This document shows, piece after piece, positions 39,874 through 52,779 of a stretch of DNA of 64,000 bases. Position 1 is the first letter of the stretch. The number at the start of each line of letters is the position of its first letter. Source of the DNA: Blepharisma stoltei ATCC 30299 (taxonomy: Eukaryota; Protista; Ciliophora); contig CBFDEM010000040.1 in assembly GCA_965603825.1 (NCBI GenBank), positions 620,001 through 684,000 on the forward strand. The letters run 5' to 3'. The translations under genes and the position numbers were made by a program. The notes beneath the pieces are model-generated. The model was not told the origin of the DNA. It saw only the letters and a program-made list of their open reading frames with translations, and ran no database searches.

Positions 39874-42800
39874 TTAAAAATTATAGCTCACTCTTAATAA
39901 TTTTTTGCCTTCAGCTCCTGGGTTAATTTTTCTTTTTAATGTCTCTTCTTCATACGTCTTATCTATATTAGCTAAACTTGGGTCTTTGTTAATAATTTTT
40001 TCGATTAACTCATCAATATTGTTGCCACCAAGCTTATCCCTTGCCTTTTCTGTTAAGTCCATCCTGGAATTATCTCTAGATAATATTGAAGATAGGGGCA
40101 GTATTCCTCCACTTGCCGTGCTAAAGTGATTGTCTATCTCTTCAGCATCACAATAGCTAAATTGATGCTCCTTAATGAATACTGTCAATTTTCTTGTGCT
40201 AGAACATTTGTAAAGCACAATGCCTCGAATGATTACACTACGAAAATGACTGTGTTTAAATCTGAAGGCAATGTCCATATATTTCTTGGAGTAGATCTGT
40301 CAAAGAGCATCATTAGCTCTTTCAAGTACTTCCTTATAATTAGCAACGTGTAAGATTTTAAATTCATGAATAATGATGGTAGAGGATTCTCCTGGATTTG
40401 GAATAAAAATACCATCAGTTTTTTCCCCGAAATTATTAGCTGTCCCTATATGCAATTTATATTTAGGTCTTAAGGCTTGCTCTAATGACATAAGCACTAT
40501 TCCTCCTGTATAAGTTTGGAAAAAAGTTTCATTTATGTTTAAATTGCTGTCTATTTTATTAAGTAGCTCAACTTGAATAAGACTCTCGAGCTGCAATTTG
40601 TCCTCTAAACAATCAATATATTTATTTATCCACATAAAACGATTAATATTGTTTTCCCCAATTGCTTTATCGATTCATGTGTTAAACAATTTTTCATAAA
40701 AATATATCTTTATTTCTTTATTTGGGACTAGATAGACTTTATTTCTCATAAGGTGTCAAGTATCCAGCATGAAGCAGTAGCACACAAGCATCATCTTTAG
40801 CTCTTATTTGATCATATATTGGCCTATCTAAAACGAGATATCCAGCCTTCATTATTTCAAATATTTTATGATTAGGATCAATAGTATTAAACACAGAAAT
40901 AAGCAGGTCTGGGTCATGTTCATTACGCCAATAAGTTTGTAGAGGTGCTATATTCTGCACTGAAGCGCTTGATAAACAATTCATTACCGACAAAGGGTTG
41001 TAAATATTTTGTCTCCCAACCGTTTACCCACCATATCATTGTTTTATCAATTGCTTCTGCTGTATTAAATGTGCAAGTGATTTATGAGCCAAATGGCGTT
41101 CTATTAATTCATCAACTTCCGGTTCAGTGAATCCAAAGTAATCAGATAAATAATTATCCAAAACAGTGGAAGAAATAAAATGCCCTGAAGGAAATATTTC
41201 AATCAGCGGATAATAATAAACTCCAGTTACAATTATTTTCCTAATATAATAATGCTGCCCACAGACTAGTGAACCCAGCATTATTCTTAGAAGATCTATC
41301 ATGTTATGCCGCTGCTCTATATCAGTCCCTGCGTTTCTAATATTACAATCATAGTCATCGATAATTAAAATAACGCTCTGATTATGAATCATATTTAGCA
41401 TGATAGCCAGGTCTTGCAATACTTTATATATGTTTATTTTAGACCTATTTGATAGATATAGTCTAAATAACTTCACTTCCTCAGGTAAATCTATTTTATT
41501 TTTATCAATAATTTTTTCCAAACCTTCAGTTGTTAGATCCCTAAAATTTGTATATATTGAAGAATCTCTTAATTTTTGCTCTAAATATTGATGATATGAA
41601 AGAACATGCTCACGTAATGTTTTTGATAGCGCAATCTTGATCTCTTCATAATAAATTTCAGCATTTGAGGTTCAAATCTTAGGAAATACAAATAAAATAG
41701 TCGGGATTTTTCCAGCGAACATTGTATACTTCTCTTTATCTGCAATCATTATGTTTTTACGCCTTCTATCGTCCGAGTCGCTTTTATCAGTGCTATTTCT
41801 TTTCCCAGTAAATAAATATAAATTTAAGAATTGTTCGTGTCAATTTATCTGAGGATTTAGGAATGCTTGGAGCATGCTCATGTTAAATGATTTACCCCAA
41901 CCTGTTGGTCTAGTAATAGCAATATGTGTATTATTGTCGTCTAAAATTGCCTTTATAAGCATTGTTTTGTCAACAATAATAGTGTCTTCGTCGACTGCTC
42001 TTTTAAAACTTTGAATTGTAGAGTTTATCTTACAATTTTTTTTGACCTTAATGAGTGATTGATATGTCGAAGGCAATTCAGTTGGTGTATTTAATAGATC
42101 AGAATCTGATTCTCCTTTTTCCTTGAATGAATCGAGAAATTGAAGTGCATCATCTAATTTATTATTGTCTTGGTACATTGATAATACACACAATTGGCTT
42201 ATATTCAGTTTCTTTGCTAAAAATCCTTCTCCACCTTCCAAAATCGGCCATAATGACAGTTTTGCAATAAGCTCGTTTAAAATTGCCTTTTCTATCATTT
42301 TTAGTAATTCCGAACTAAAATTGTTTCTAAGACTCTCAATGTTTTCCTCCTCAGTAAGATTGATTCCTAAATCTTCAAAGATAGCCAATATTTTATTACT
42401 TCAGTTCGCATCAAAGTATGAAAATTCATTTAAATAGTTGCAATTTCCTGTGGAAGTCAGCATTATTGCGTTGAATATCAACCATAGCCAGCTTTGGGAC
42501 GTATTCCTACTCTGCTTGATGCTGAGCGAATCGTTTATTATAGCTAATGGGAAAAGCCCTCCAATGGTATATAAATCTCCATTAGAATTTTTATATGAAA
42601 TTTGTGTTTTCAATAAAAATTTTACCAAGGCTGGCAAATTATAATTATTACCAGACGAATCGACCATATAAATTAACTCAGAGGAGTTAGACAGAGGCTC
42701 TCCATCAAGGCTTGTATAGTTTTTGGGAATAATTACCATTGATTGCCATATATAATTTTCTTTAGCTTGTTCACCCGGCTGATTTTTGTCATTTATATTC

Positions 42801-43078
42801 CAAAAAGAAACAATAGGCTTTTTTAGTTCTTCACAGTCCCTCCTGACTATTTTTTCGAGTTGTGTCAGGCAAATTAATATACCATTAATTTCATCACTAG
42901 AGGCGGGGGAATAATTGAATATAGCATCTATGCTTTTAATATGGACTCTGCCTTTGTAAATTGATTTGAGCACTCTTTTAATGTCATAAGCAGATAAGCA
43001 GCATTCAGTTGAGCTTAAGTAGTCAGAACTTTGAAATCTTTTAAAAACCTCATAAAGGGGCTTTTCCAAACTTTCCAT
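39874..43078 (-). pseudogene. Copy A: pseudo-protease + AAA-ATPase-like + PD-(D/E)XK nuclease gene, disrupted
   Basis: IVDKT, RPTGWGKSFNMSML, IIDDYD, FGFTEPEV, LLLHAGYLT, KTDGIFIP..IIIHEFK, ALWQIYSKKY. Premature TAA at 41024-41026 and a +1 frameshift near 40740. Confidence 0.8.
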
Positions 43079-43621
43079 ATTTAATTATTATTTGTTGAAT
43101 AAAGGCAATAAGTTAAATTCATATATCGAAATTAATTCTTGAATCAATTATAAATAGAAAATTAAATTAATTGCAGGATAAAGGTTTTTGCATATAAATA
43201 ATTTGTATATCTAAATTAAAAGAAATTTTCTTAATTTTCAGAAGGATTTAACATTGGATTTAATTAAGCTTAATGTCCAGCATCATCAGAACAATTTTTT
43301 CCAAAGCATCTAATCTTCTATTCATTGAGATTTTAATAACTTTAATTTTATTTTTGCAAAAATTTATGCAGAATAGAATATATAATTTTGCTAGATCCAA
43401 ATGAATCTTCCACTCTGAGGTCTGCTTAAACTGTTGTCTTGGCCAATAGCAAGTTCATCTATAAATTACTTTGAAAAACTTTCTGGCTAAAGCTTTGTAT
43501 AAAGATCACATATTATTACTTGATAATGATACATATTTTACTATTCATTTTAGGTTCTGGGAAAGTTAATTTTAAAATACTTATAAGATATTTTATACTT
43601 TGAAATGAATAAAAATCAAAA

Positions 43622-43735
43622 TTAAGTATTATAGGTAGGAATTTTTGACTTGATAAAGAATCAATTTATTCGCCTCCTTGCTCTTCTTGTGCCAATAATA
43701 CGTTTATAATGTTTCTAACATAATTTTCTAGATAT
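43622..43735 (-). pseudogene. Decayed 3' fragment of the PACRG-like gene
   Basis: Matches 59285-59400 (...EEQGG.E....IKSKIPTY.T*). A shorter copy lies at about 53896-53955. Confidence 0.75.
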
Positions 43736-43909
43736 TTTTACAATATCCATATCTTCTAATTTTCATTAAATGCTTTAATCCTCGGCACGTTTCGGAGCTA
43801 TAAATAAATGTTTTAATTAATAGGAAAAAAATAATAGTCCCATTTTTTCTCTATGAGATTGTAATTTTCAGATTTTTATGACCGTGATAATCAATTAAAA
43901 TTATTAGTA

Positions 43910-46900
43910 TTATTTTTTTCCCCTTTTGGTTCCTTCAGCTCCTGGGTCAAGTTTTCTTTTTAATGTCTCTGCTTGATGTGTCCTGTCCATATCAGCTAAA
44001 CTTGAGTCTTTCCTTATAAGTTTTTCGATTAATATACTAATATTTCTCCCGCCAAGTATATCCCTTGCCTTTTCCGTAGATTCAGCACTACATTTATCTC
44101 TACACAATGCTGAAGATAGGGTCAGTATTCCTCCATTTATCGTGCTAAAGTGCTTATCGATCGCTTCAGCAATATCATAATTAAATTTATGTTCCTTAAT
44201 GAATACTTTCCAACTTCATTCAGGAGGGTTTCTGTAAAACACAATACCTCGAATAATCACACTACGGAAATGACTATGTTTCGAGTGTAAGGCAATATCT
44301 ATATATTTCTTGGAGTAGATCTGCCAAAGAGCATCATCAGCTTTTTCCTGCACTAAATCATCGTAAGCAAATTCTAATTTTTTAAGTTCATGAATAATGA
44401 TAGTAGAGGATTCTCCTGGATTTGGAATAAAAATGCCATCAGTTTTTTTGCTAAACTTATTAGTTTCTATATACAATTTATATTTAGGTCTCAATGCTTG
44501 CTCTAATGCTATAAGAGCTATTCCTCCTGTATAAGTTTGGAAAAAAGTCTCATTCTTACTGCTATGGTCTTTTATCTTGTCTAGTAGATCAGTTTGAATA
44601 AGATTTTGAAGCTATTCTTTATCCTCTAAGCAATCAATATATTTATTTTTCCACGTAAAATGATTAATATTATCATTCTTAGCTACTTTATTGATTCATG
44701 CCACAAATAATGTTTCATAAAAATATCTTCTTATTTCTTTATTAGGGACTACATAGACTAAGTTGTGTTACTTATTTTCATAGGGTGTCAAGTATCCAGC
44801 ATGAAGCAGTAGCGCACAAACATTATCTTTGATTCTTATGTCCTGATATAATGGCCTATCTAAAGCAAGATACCCAGCTTTTATTCTTTCAAATATTTTG
44901 TTATCAGGTTCAATAGTATTGAATACTGAAATGAAAAGCCTTTCGCCATCTACATTATGCCAATATGTGTGGAGAGGTGCCTGATAAATCTGAGAAGCGA
45001 TTGATAAGCAACTTAGTATTGAAAAGGGGTTATAAATTTTTTGTCTTCCAACCCTATACCCATCATATCATTGTTTTATCAATTTTTTCTGCTCAACTAT
45101 ATTTGTATGTTGGTCTTGTACCAAATATTGTTCAAGTAATTCGTCAACTTCGGATTCAGTAAAACCAAAAAATCAGAGTAAAAATTATTTAAAACCGTAA
45201 AAGGAGTAAAATTTTGACTAGGAAATATAGCAAGAAGCGGATCATAATAAACTCCAGTTACAATTATTTTCCGGATATAATATAAATCTTGATAAACTAG
45301 AGGATAAACTATATCTCTTAAAAGCTCTCTAGTTTCTGTTCAAACTCTCTATTTGCCGCTGTCCGTTTATAATTACTATCGTAGTCATCTATAATAAAAA
45401 TGACCGGTTCATTATGAATCATATACAGCATTCTGGCCAGGATATTCAATGCTATGCATATATTTATTTGAGAAAAATCTGATAGATAAAGTCTATATAA
45501 CCTTATTTCCTTAGGTAATACTATTTGATTTTGATCAATTATTTTTTCCAAAAAAAATTTGATTGTTGCACCCTTAAAGTCTACTCTTATTGAAGAGTCA
45601 CTTATTTTTTGTTCTAAATATTGACGATATGAAGAAATATGCTCTCATAATATCACTGCTATTGTAAGCTTGATTGCTTCATACATTTCAGCATTTGAAG
45701 GATAAATCTCGGGAACTTGAAATAAAATAGTAGGAATTTTTCCTGCAAATTTTCTATACTTACCATCATCTATTTTCATAATTTTTTTACTTTCCCCACC
45801 AGTAAATAAGTATAAGTTTGCGAATTCTTCAGACTCGCCTCTCTGAGGATTTAGAAATGCTTGAAGCATACTCATGTTCAGTGATTTGCCCCAACTTCTT
45901 GGTCTAAGAATAGCAATTTTATAGGTAGAATCTTCTAAAATTGCTTTTATAAACAAAGTTTTGTCGATATAAATATTGCCGTTGTCGACTATATGTTTGA
46001 AATCTGCACATGAAGTATCGATCGAGCAATTGGCTTTCACCTTAATTACTGAATGAGGCGTTGGAGGCGATTCATCTCTATTTATTCTTGAGGAAATTGG
46101 AGTCTTAAATATATCATGTTCTATTTCTTGGCTTTTTCTTAATAAGTCTATAAATTGGAGAGCATCATCCTCTTTGTTATTGTTTTGGTAATCTGATAAT
46201 ACACACAATTGGGTTATGTTCAAAGTTGATAAAAAGCTTACTTGATCTTCAAAAATCAACCATGAAGATAATTTTATATGTAATTCGCTTAAAATTGCCT
46301 TTTGTATCATATCTAATCATTGAGGACGAGGACTTATAATAAAATTTTCAATTTCTGCACACTTAGCAAAATTGATGCTTAAATCTTCTAAAGTAGCTAA
46401 TATTTTACTAGCTCAGTGAACGTCAAAATTTGAAAAATCGTTTAAATAGTTACAATTTCCCGATGAAATCAGCATTACTGTATTGAATATCAGCCATAAT
46501 CAGCTTTGGGAGGGATTTCCGTGCTGCTTAATGCTATATCACATATTATAGCTGATGGAAAAAATCCTCCAAAAGTATTTGATATCCCATTAGGCTTTGT
46601 ATATGGAATTTGTGCTTTCAACAAAAATTTCATCAAATCTGGCAAATTATAATTATTGCCCGATGAATCTACCATAAAAACTAACTCAGAGTCATTAGAA
46701 AAAGACTCTCCATCACAATTTGTATAGTTTTTGGGAATAATTACCATTAATTGCCATATATAATTTTCTTGAGCTTGTTAACCTCTCTGAGATGCATTTT
46801 TGTCACTTATATTGATCTTCCAAAACGAAACAATAGGCTTTTTTAGTTCTTTATTATCCCTCCTGACTATTTCTTCGATTTTCGCCATACAAGCTAGCAC

Positions 46901-47098
46901 CCCATTTATTTCATCGGAAGTGGCGGGAAAGTGATTTAAAGGAGTATCTATTCATGCAATATAGATTCTGTCGTGGTAAATTGATTTAAGCACTTCTTCA
47001 ATTCCATAAGCAGACAGGCAATATTCTGCTGAGCTTGAGCGGTCATAGCCTTGAAAATTCTTAAAGACATCATAAAGGCGCTTTTCCAAACTTTCCAT
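43910..47098 (-). pseudogene. Copy B: pseudo-protease + AAA-ATPase-like + PD-(D/E)XK nuclease gene, disrupted
   Basis: Same motifs (YIDKT, RPRSWGKSLNMSML, IHELK). Frameshifts near 46535 and about 45340, TAA at 44768-44770, TAG at 44612-44614. Confidence 0.82.
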
Positions 47099-47637
47099 AT
47101 TTTGATTATTTTTTTAATTTTTTGGAGACTAAAAAAATAGCCAAAAATAAATGTTGTGAAATTTTGACAAACATGCCAAAAATTATAAAAATATTATAAA
47201 AATTGGAAAATACTAAAAATTTGTAAAATAGAATAAGATCGTAAAGTTTTGGAAAAATTGCTATAAATATCTAGAATTAGCTTATTCAAATGCTTCTTGA
47301 CCTTATTTTGCTAGTGCACGATTCGGAGATGCATATATTCAGAGTTTTGCTTTCAAGATTGTACAAATTTAAGCCTCTTTTTAGAAAAGCACCAAAAAAC
47401 CTGCACCATCTGAATTCCATGAAACCCTGAAACTATCTTACCCCAATACTGTCTGAACTTACGCTTTCGGAACACGATTGAGAGATCCATATTTTCAGAG
47501 CTTTTTTAAAATATAAGAACCCATATGCTACATTTTCCCCCAAAAAGCACCCAAAGCCAAGCCACAGCAGTTTCTATGAAACTCTTGAGCTCGTCTACAT
47601 TAAATTAATTTTTATTATTGACTCATATTTTTATTTA

Positions 47638-48129
47638 ATGAAGTACATTGGTGCAACTCATTATAAAACTGGATACCAGCTCTATTATGCTCATAGACTA
47701 GCAGATCTAAAAACCAAGCCAGATTTCATATTTGAAATAAGTGAATTTTTTAAGCTTGCAGGTGCTGGATGAAGGAATCTGCCCAAAGAGGAGAAAGAGG
47801 TGTGGATTTCAAGAGCAGAAGAGGAGAAAAAAGAAAATTCGAAGAGGGAGCCAGCTTTCATTGCAATTCCATCAAAAAATAAACATTCTGAAAGTGCAGA
47901 ATCCTGTTCATCAAGCGAAAGCTATGGTGAGAAAAAACATAAAAGGAAGAGAGATAAGCAAAAGGACAAAAATAAGTCTAAATCTGATAAAAAATTCAGG
48001 AAAAGCCACATAAGCAAAAACGAGTCTGAATCATCTGAAAGCGATAAAAGTGGCACAGAGAGCGATCATAGCTCTGGCAGAAAGAAGCAGAAAAATATCA
48101 GATTAAATAAGCACTTCAGATTTCAATAA
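47638..48129 (+). CDS. HMG-box protein (163 aa) with Lys/Ser-rich tail
   Basis: KTGYQLYYAHRLADLKTKPDFIFEISEFFKLAGAG[TGA=W]RNLPKEEKEVWISRAEEEKK fits the HMG-box consensus; in frame with ORF 47800-48129. Confidence 0.75.
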
Positions 48130-48335
48130 TAATAATCATATAAATATTTAGATGGATAAATATTTTTGAGTTATAATTTTTGAACTTTCTATTAAATACT
48201 TTAGTTCTCATTTACACATTTTGGAGCTATAAATAAATGTTTTAATTAATAAAAAAAACAAATAGCAGTCCCATTTTTTTCTGTATGAGATTCGAATTTT
48301 GATATTTTTATAACCATGATAATCAATTAAAATTA

Positions 48336-51300
48336 TTAGCCCCCTCTGAAGAATTTTGTGCCTTCAGCTCCTGGGTCGGTTTTTCTTTTTAATGTCTCTT
48401 CTTCATATGTCTTATCTATATTAGCTAAACTTGGGTCTTTGTTAATAATTTTTTCGATTAAATCATCAATATTGTTGCCACCAAGCTTATCCCTTGCCTT
48501 TTCTGTGGAGTCTATCCTGCAATTATCTCTACACAATACTGAAGATTGGGACAGTATTCCTCCATTTGATGAACTAAAGTATTTGTCTATCTCTTCAGCA
48601 TAATCATAGTTAAATTTATGCTCCTTAATAAATACTTTCCAAATTCCTTGAGTAGGACTTCTGTAAAGCACAATACCTCGAATAATAACGCTACGAAAAT
48701 GACTATGTTTCAAGCGTAAAGCGATATCCATATATTTCTTTGAGTAGATCTGCCAAAGAGCATCATCAGCTTTTTCCTTCACTTTTTCATTGTGAGAAAG
48801 CTCTAATTTTTTAACTTCATGAATAATAATGGTAGAGGATTCTCCTGGATTCGGAATAAAAATGCCATCAGTTTTTCTACCGAACCTATTCGCTTCCCCT
48901 ATATGCAATTCATATTAGGTCTCAATGCTTGTTCTAATGCTATAAGAGCTATTCCTCCTGTATAAATTTGGAAAAAAGCCTCATTTTTGATGTAACAGTC
49001 AGTCATCTTATCAAGTAGCTCAACTTGAATAAGATATTGAAGCTGGTCTTTGTCCTCTAAACAATCAATATATTTATCTATCCATGTAAAAAGATTGATT
49101 TTATTTTTCTCAATTGCTTTATCGATTCATATCATAAACAATTTTTCATAAAAATATCTCTTTATTTCTTTATTAGGGACTACATAGACTAAGTTGTGTG
49201 ATTTATTTTCATAGGGTGTCAAGTATCCAGCATGGAGCAATAACGCACAAACATTATTTTCAATCCTTGTTTCCACATATATTGGTCTATTTGAAACAAG
49301 ATACCCAGCTTTCATTATTTCAAATATTTTGTTATGAGAGCTAATAGATTTGAATGCTGAAATGAAAAAATTTTCATCGTCATATTAAACCAAATGAGAT
49401 TCAAGTAATTTGTCAATTTCATATTCTGTAAAACCAAAAAAATCAGAGAAATAATTATTCAAAACAGTAAAAGGAGCAAAAGGTGCCCCGCTAAATATCT
49501 CAATTAGCGGATCATAACAAACTCCAGTTATAATTAATTTTTCGATATATCTAGGACGGTAAACTAGAGGATTCAACATCTCTATTATAAGGCGTATCAT
49601 TTTATGTCGTTGCTCCATATCTGCTGCCCCTGTAATATTGATATCGTAGTCCTCTACAATTAAAATAATGGGTTTTTCATGAATTCTATATAACATGATA
49701 GCCAAATCTCTCAATGCATCTAAATTTATTTTAGAGCTATCTGATAGATATAGTCTGAATTGGGTCATTTCGATTGGCAAATCTATTTTATTCTGATCGA
49801 TAATTCTTTCTAAATTTCTAATTTTAAGATCCTTAGTGTCTAGGGAAATTGAAAAATCTTTTATTACTTTTTCTAAATATTGGCGATATGAATGAATGTG
49901 CTGTTGTAATGTTTCTCATATGCTATATTTGATCGCTTGATGGTATTTTTCAATATTTGGATTTCTAATCTTGGGAAATGCAAATAAAATTGTAGGAATT
50001 GTTCCAGCTTTCTCTATATACTTCCCATTATCTGCATTTATTATATCCAAGTTATTTAAGCTACACCCAGTAATAAGTATAAATTTTCGAATACTCCATT
50101 TTTGCCTGCCTTAGGCTTAGGATTTAGAAATGCTTGTAGCATGCTCATGTTCAGTGACTTACCCCAGCCTCTTGGTCTCATAATAGCAATATTATCATAA
50201 TCTTGTTCAAAAAGTGCCTTTATAAACATTGTTTTGTCAACATAAAGTTCTCCTCCATCAATTATTTGCTTAAAATTTGAATTCTGAGTGCTGAACTTAA
50301 GATTTTTTTGACCTTAATAACTGAATGATATGTTGGAGATGATTCATTTTCATATAATCTTATTGAAGTTGGTGTATTAAATTGATAAGGATCTGATTCT
50401 TTGCTTTGCTTTAATGAGTCGATAAACTGGAGTGCATCACCCACTTTATTATTGTCTTGATACTCTGATAAGGCACATAATTGACTTATATTCAAATTAT
50501 TTGGTAAAAATTTTACTTGATCTTGCAAAATAGGCCATGATGATAATTTTGCATATAGCTCGTTTAAAATTGCCTTTTCTATCGTTGTTACCCATTTGAA
50601 ATCTAAATTGAATCATAAATTCTCAGATTTTTGCTCTAGAGAAAAATTAATGTTTAAATCCTCAAAAATGGCTAGTATTTTATTGATTCACTTCTCATCA
50701 AAATTTGAAAACTCTCTTAAATAGTTGCAATTTCCTGTTGAAATCAGCATTAATGTGTTGAATATCAATCATATCCAGCTTTGGGAGCAATTCTCGTGCT
50801 GCTTACTACTAAGCTTATCATATATTATAGCTGATGGAAAAAGCCCTCCAAAAGTATCTGTATTCCTCTCCGATTTTTCATATGAAATTTGTGTTTTCAA
50901 CAGAAATTTTAACAAACCTGGCATTTTATAATTATTCCCAGATGAATCGATCATAAAAACTAACTCAGAGGAGTTAGACAAGACTCTCCATCAAGATTTG
51001 TATAGTTTTTGGGAATAATTACCATTAATTGCCATATATAATTTTCTTCAGCTTGTCCACTTATCAGCATTGAGTTTTGGTCAGTTGTATTGATTTTCCA
51101 AATAAAAACAATAGGCTTCTTTAGTTCTTTATGATCATCCTTGACTATTTTTTCGATTTCTGACATATAAGACAGCACGCTAATGATTTTATTGATAGAG
51201 GCGGGAGAATAATTGATAGGAGTATCTGTGCCTTGTATATGGATTCTGTCACTGTAAATTGATTTAAGCACTTCTTTTATGCCATAAGCAGATAAAGAAT

Positions 51301-51366
51301 ATCTTTCTAAGCTTAAGCGATAATAACTTTAAAAAATTTAAAAAGGTCATAAAGCCCCTTTTCCAT
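48336..51366 (-). pseudogene. Copy C: pseudo-protease + AAA-ATPase-like + PD-(D/E)XK nuclease gene, disrupted
   Basis: RPRGWGKSLNMSML, IVEDYD, IHEVK. Frameshifts near 51330, 50982, 50305 and 48912, and an internal deletion at about 49383 removing the WYDGY/YNPF segment. Confidence 0.82.
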
Positions 51367-51885
51367 ATTTTGATTATATTTCATTTTTTGTTTACTAAAG
51401 GAAATAAGTTAAATTCATACTTCGAAATCAAGTCTTGAATAATAATTATGAATAAATAAGTTAGTGAAAATTTAATTAATTGTAGGATTAAGATTTTTTG
51501 CTGATCATATATAATTTGCTGCTATGTAAGTGAGAGGTAGCAGAAAGTAATCTTTATTTTTAAATAACAAGCAATAACAACTTGGCTCTAAAGCAGATGA
51601 TGCTTTCTATCATTACAACTTGCTCCAACATGTTAGTGCTTTTCGTCTACACACTAATTGCTCCAAATAACAATTTGCTTGGAGTTATGCTCATTATGCT
51701 TAGCTTTTTCAATTTAGCATCATAAATACTAAGAATGATAATAAATAACAAGGTTTCATAATGACTTATCATTTTCAAACTAAAAAGCAAAATTCTCGAT
51801 TATTAATGTAATTTATGGAATCTGATCCCCCACGTTTAAGGATAATCAGAATTTCCAAAATTAATAAATATTTATTTGTGAAGTC

Positions 51886-52443
51886 ATGGATACAGGAGAA
51901 ATGTATACTTAACTTAGTTCCTTTTTCTTAAAAATCATCGTGTATGGATGTAAAAGTTCTGGACGATCTAATATTATACGCAGATATACAGATGAAGCTT
52001 TTGAAGAAAAAGGGCTCAAATATAATTATGATTTTGTAAGTTTCATGAAGAAAATAAAAGACAAAGTAGTGCAAGGAAAATTGTTGAGGCTTCAGATATG
52101 AGACGCAAATAATATAAATTGGCACAGGGATTTTATAAAATCAGCGCACGGTTGTGCAATTATAATAGATTTAACAAATCCTGATTCATTTCATAGCGCA
52201 TTATATTGAAAAAGAGAACTTGATAAATACTTTTTAAGTAAAAGCCCAGAAATCATATTAATTGGAAATAAAGCAGATCTTAAAAGTAAGAGATTTTTCA
52301 CATTTGAAGAAGCCAAAAAGCGTGCAGATAGCTTGGAAATGTTTTATGTTGAAGTATCAGCAAAGACAAACTTAAATTTAGAAAAATCATTTGAAATTTT
52401 AATTAGAAATATCCTAAATAGAATCTCCAAGAAGGCAAGCTAA
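51886..52443 (+). CDS. Divergent Rab1-like GTPase-fold protein (not in ORF track); introns 51903-51917 and 52036-52050
   Basis: LKIIVYGCKSSGRSNI, LQI[W][19 protein letters not shown]. Open after splicing. Lacks AGQERF and a C-terminal Cys. Confidence 0.8.
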
Positions 52444-52555
52444 TCATAGAATTAAATCATCTAGTAGCATATATATATGTTGCATCAAAATAATTATTTT
52501 TAGCCTTCAAGTAATAAACATAATCTATATAGCTTAGAATTAAAATAAAATACAG

Positions 52556-52779
52556 AATATATATTTCTTGGAGTAGATCTGCCAAAAAGCATCATCAGCT
52601 TTTTCCTGCACTAAATCATCGTAAGCAAATTCTAATTTTTTAAGTTCATGAATAATGATAGTAGATGATTCTCCTGGATTTGGAATAAAAATGCCATCAG
52701 TTTTTTTGCTAAACTTATTAGCTTCTATATACAATTTATATTTAGGTCTCAATGCTTGCTCTAATGCTATAAGAGCTAT
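52556..52779 (-). pseudogene. Isolated ~220-bp fragment of the PD-(D/E)XK nuclease core, near-identical to copy B 44300-44520
   Basis: About 3 mismatches versus copy B by eye; flanked by unrelated sequence. Confidence 0.85.

Noticed and set aside
40735-40747. AAA-TAA at the +1 frameshift of copy A resembles Euplotes programmed frameshifting
   Set aside because: The code and intron type are heterotrich, not euplotid. I saw no other such junction in intact genes, and the copy has another lesion. A simple indel is more likely.
41013-41027. The premature TAA in copy A lies within a 15-nt GT...AG stretch (GTAAACGGTTGGGAG) whose removal would restore the frame
   Set aside because: It lacks the A at position 10 found in all 17 credible introns, is G-rich and ends in GAG. 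It would delete conserved residues, and a downstream frameshift would remain.
44758-44771. GTAACACAACTTAG around the TAA in copy B as a possible intron
   Set aside because: It is 14 nt and would shift the frame; copy C has TCA at this codon, so this is a nonsense mutation.
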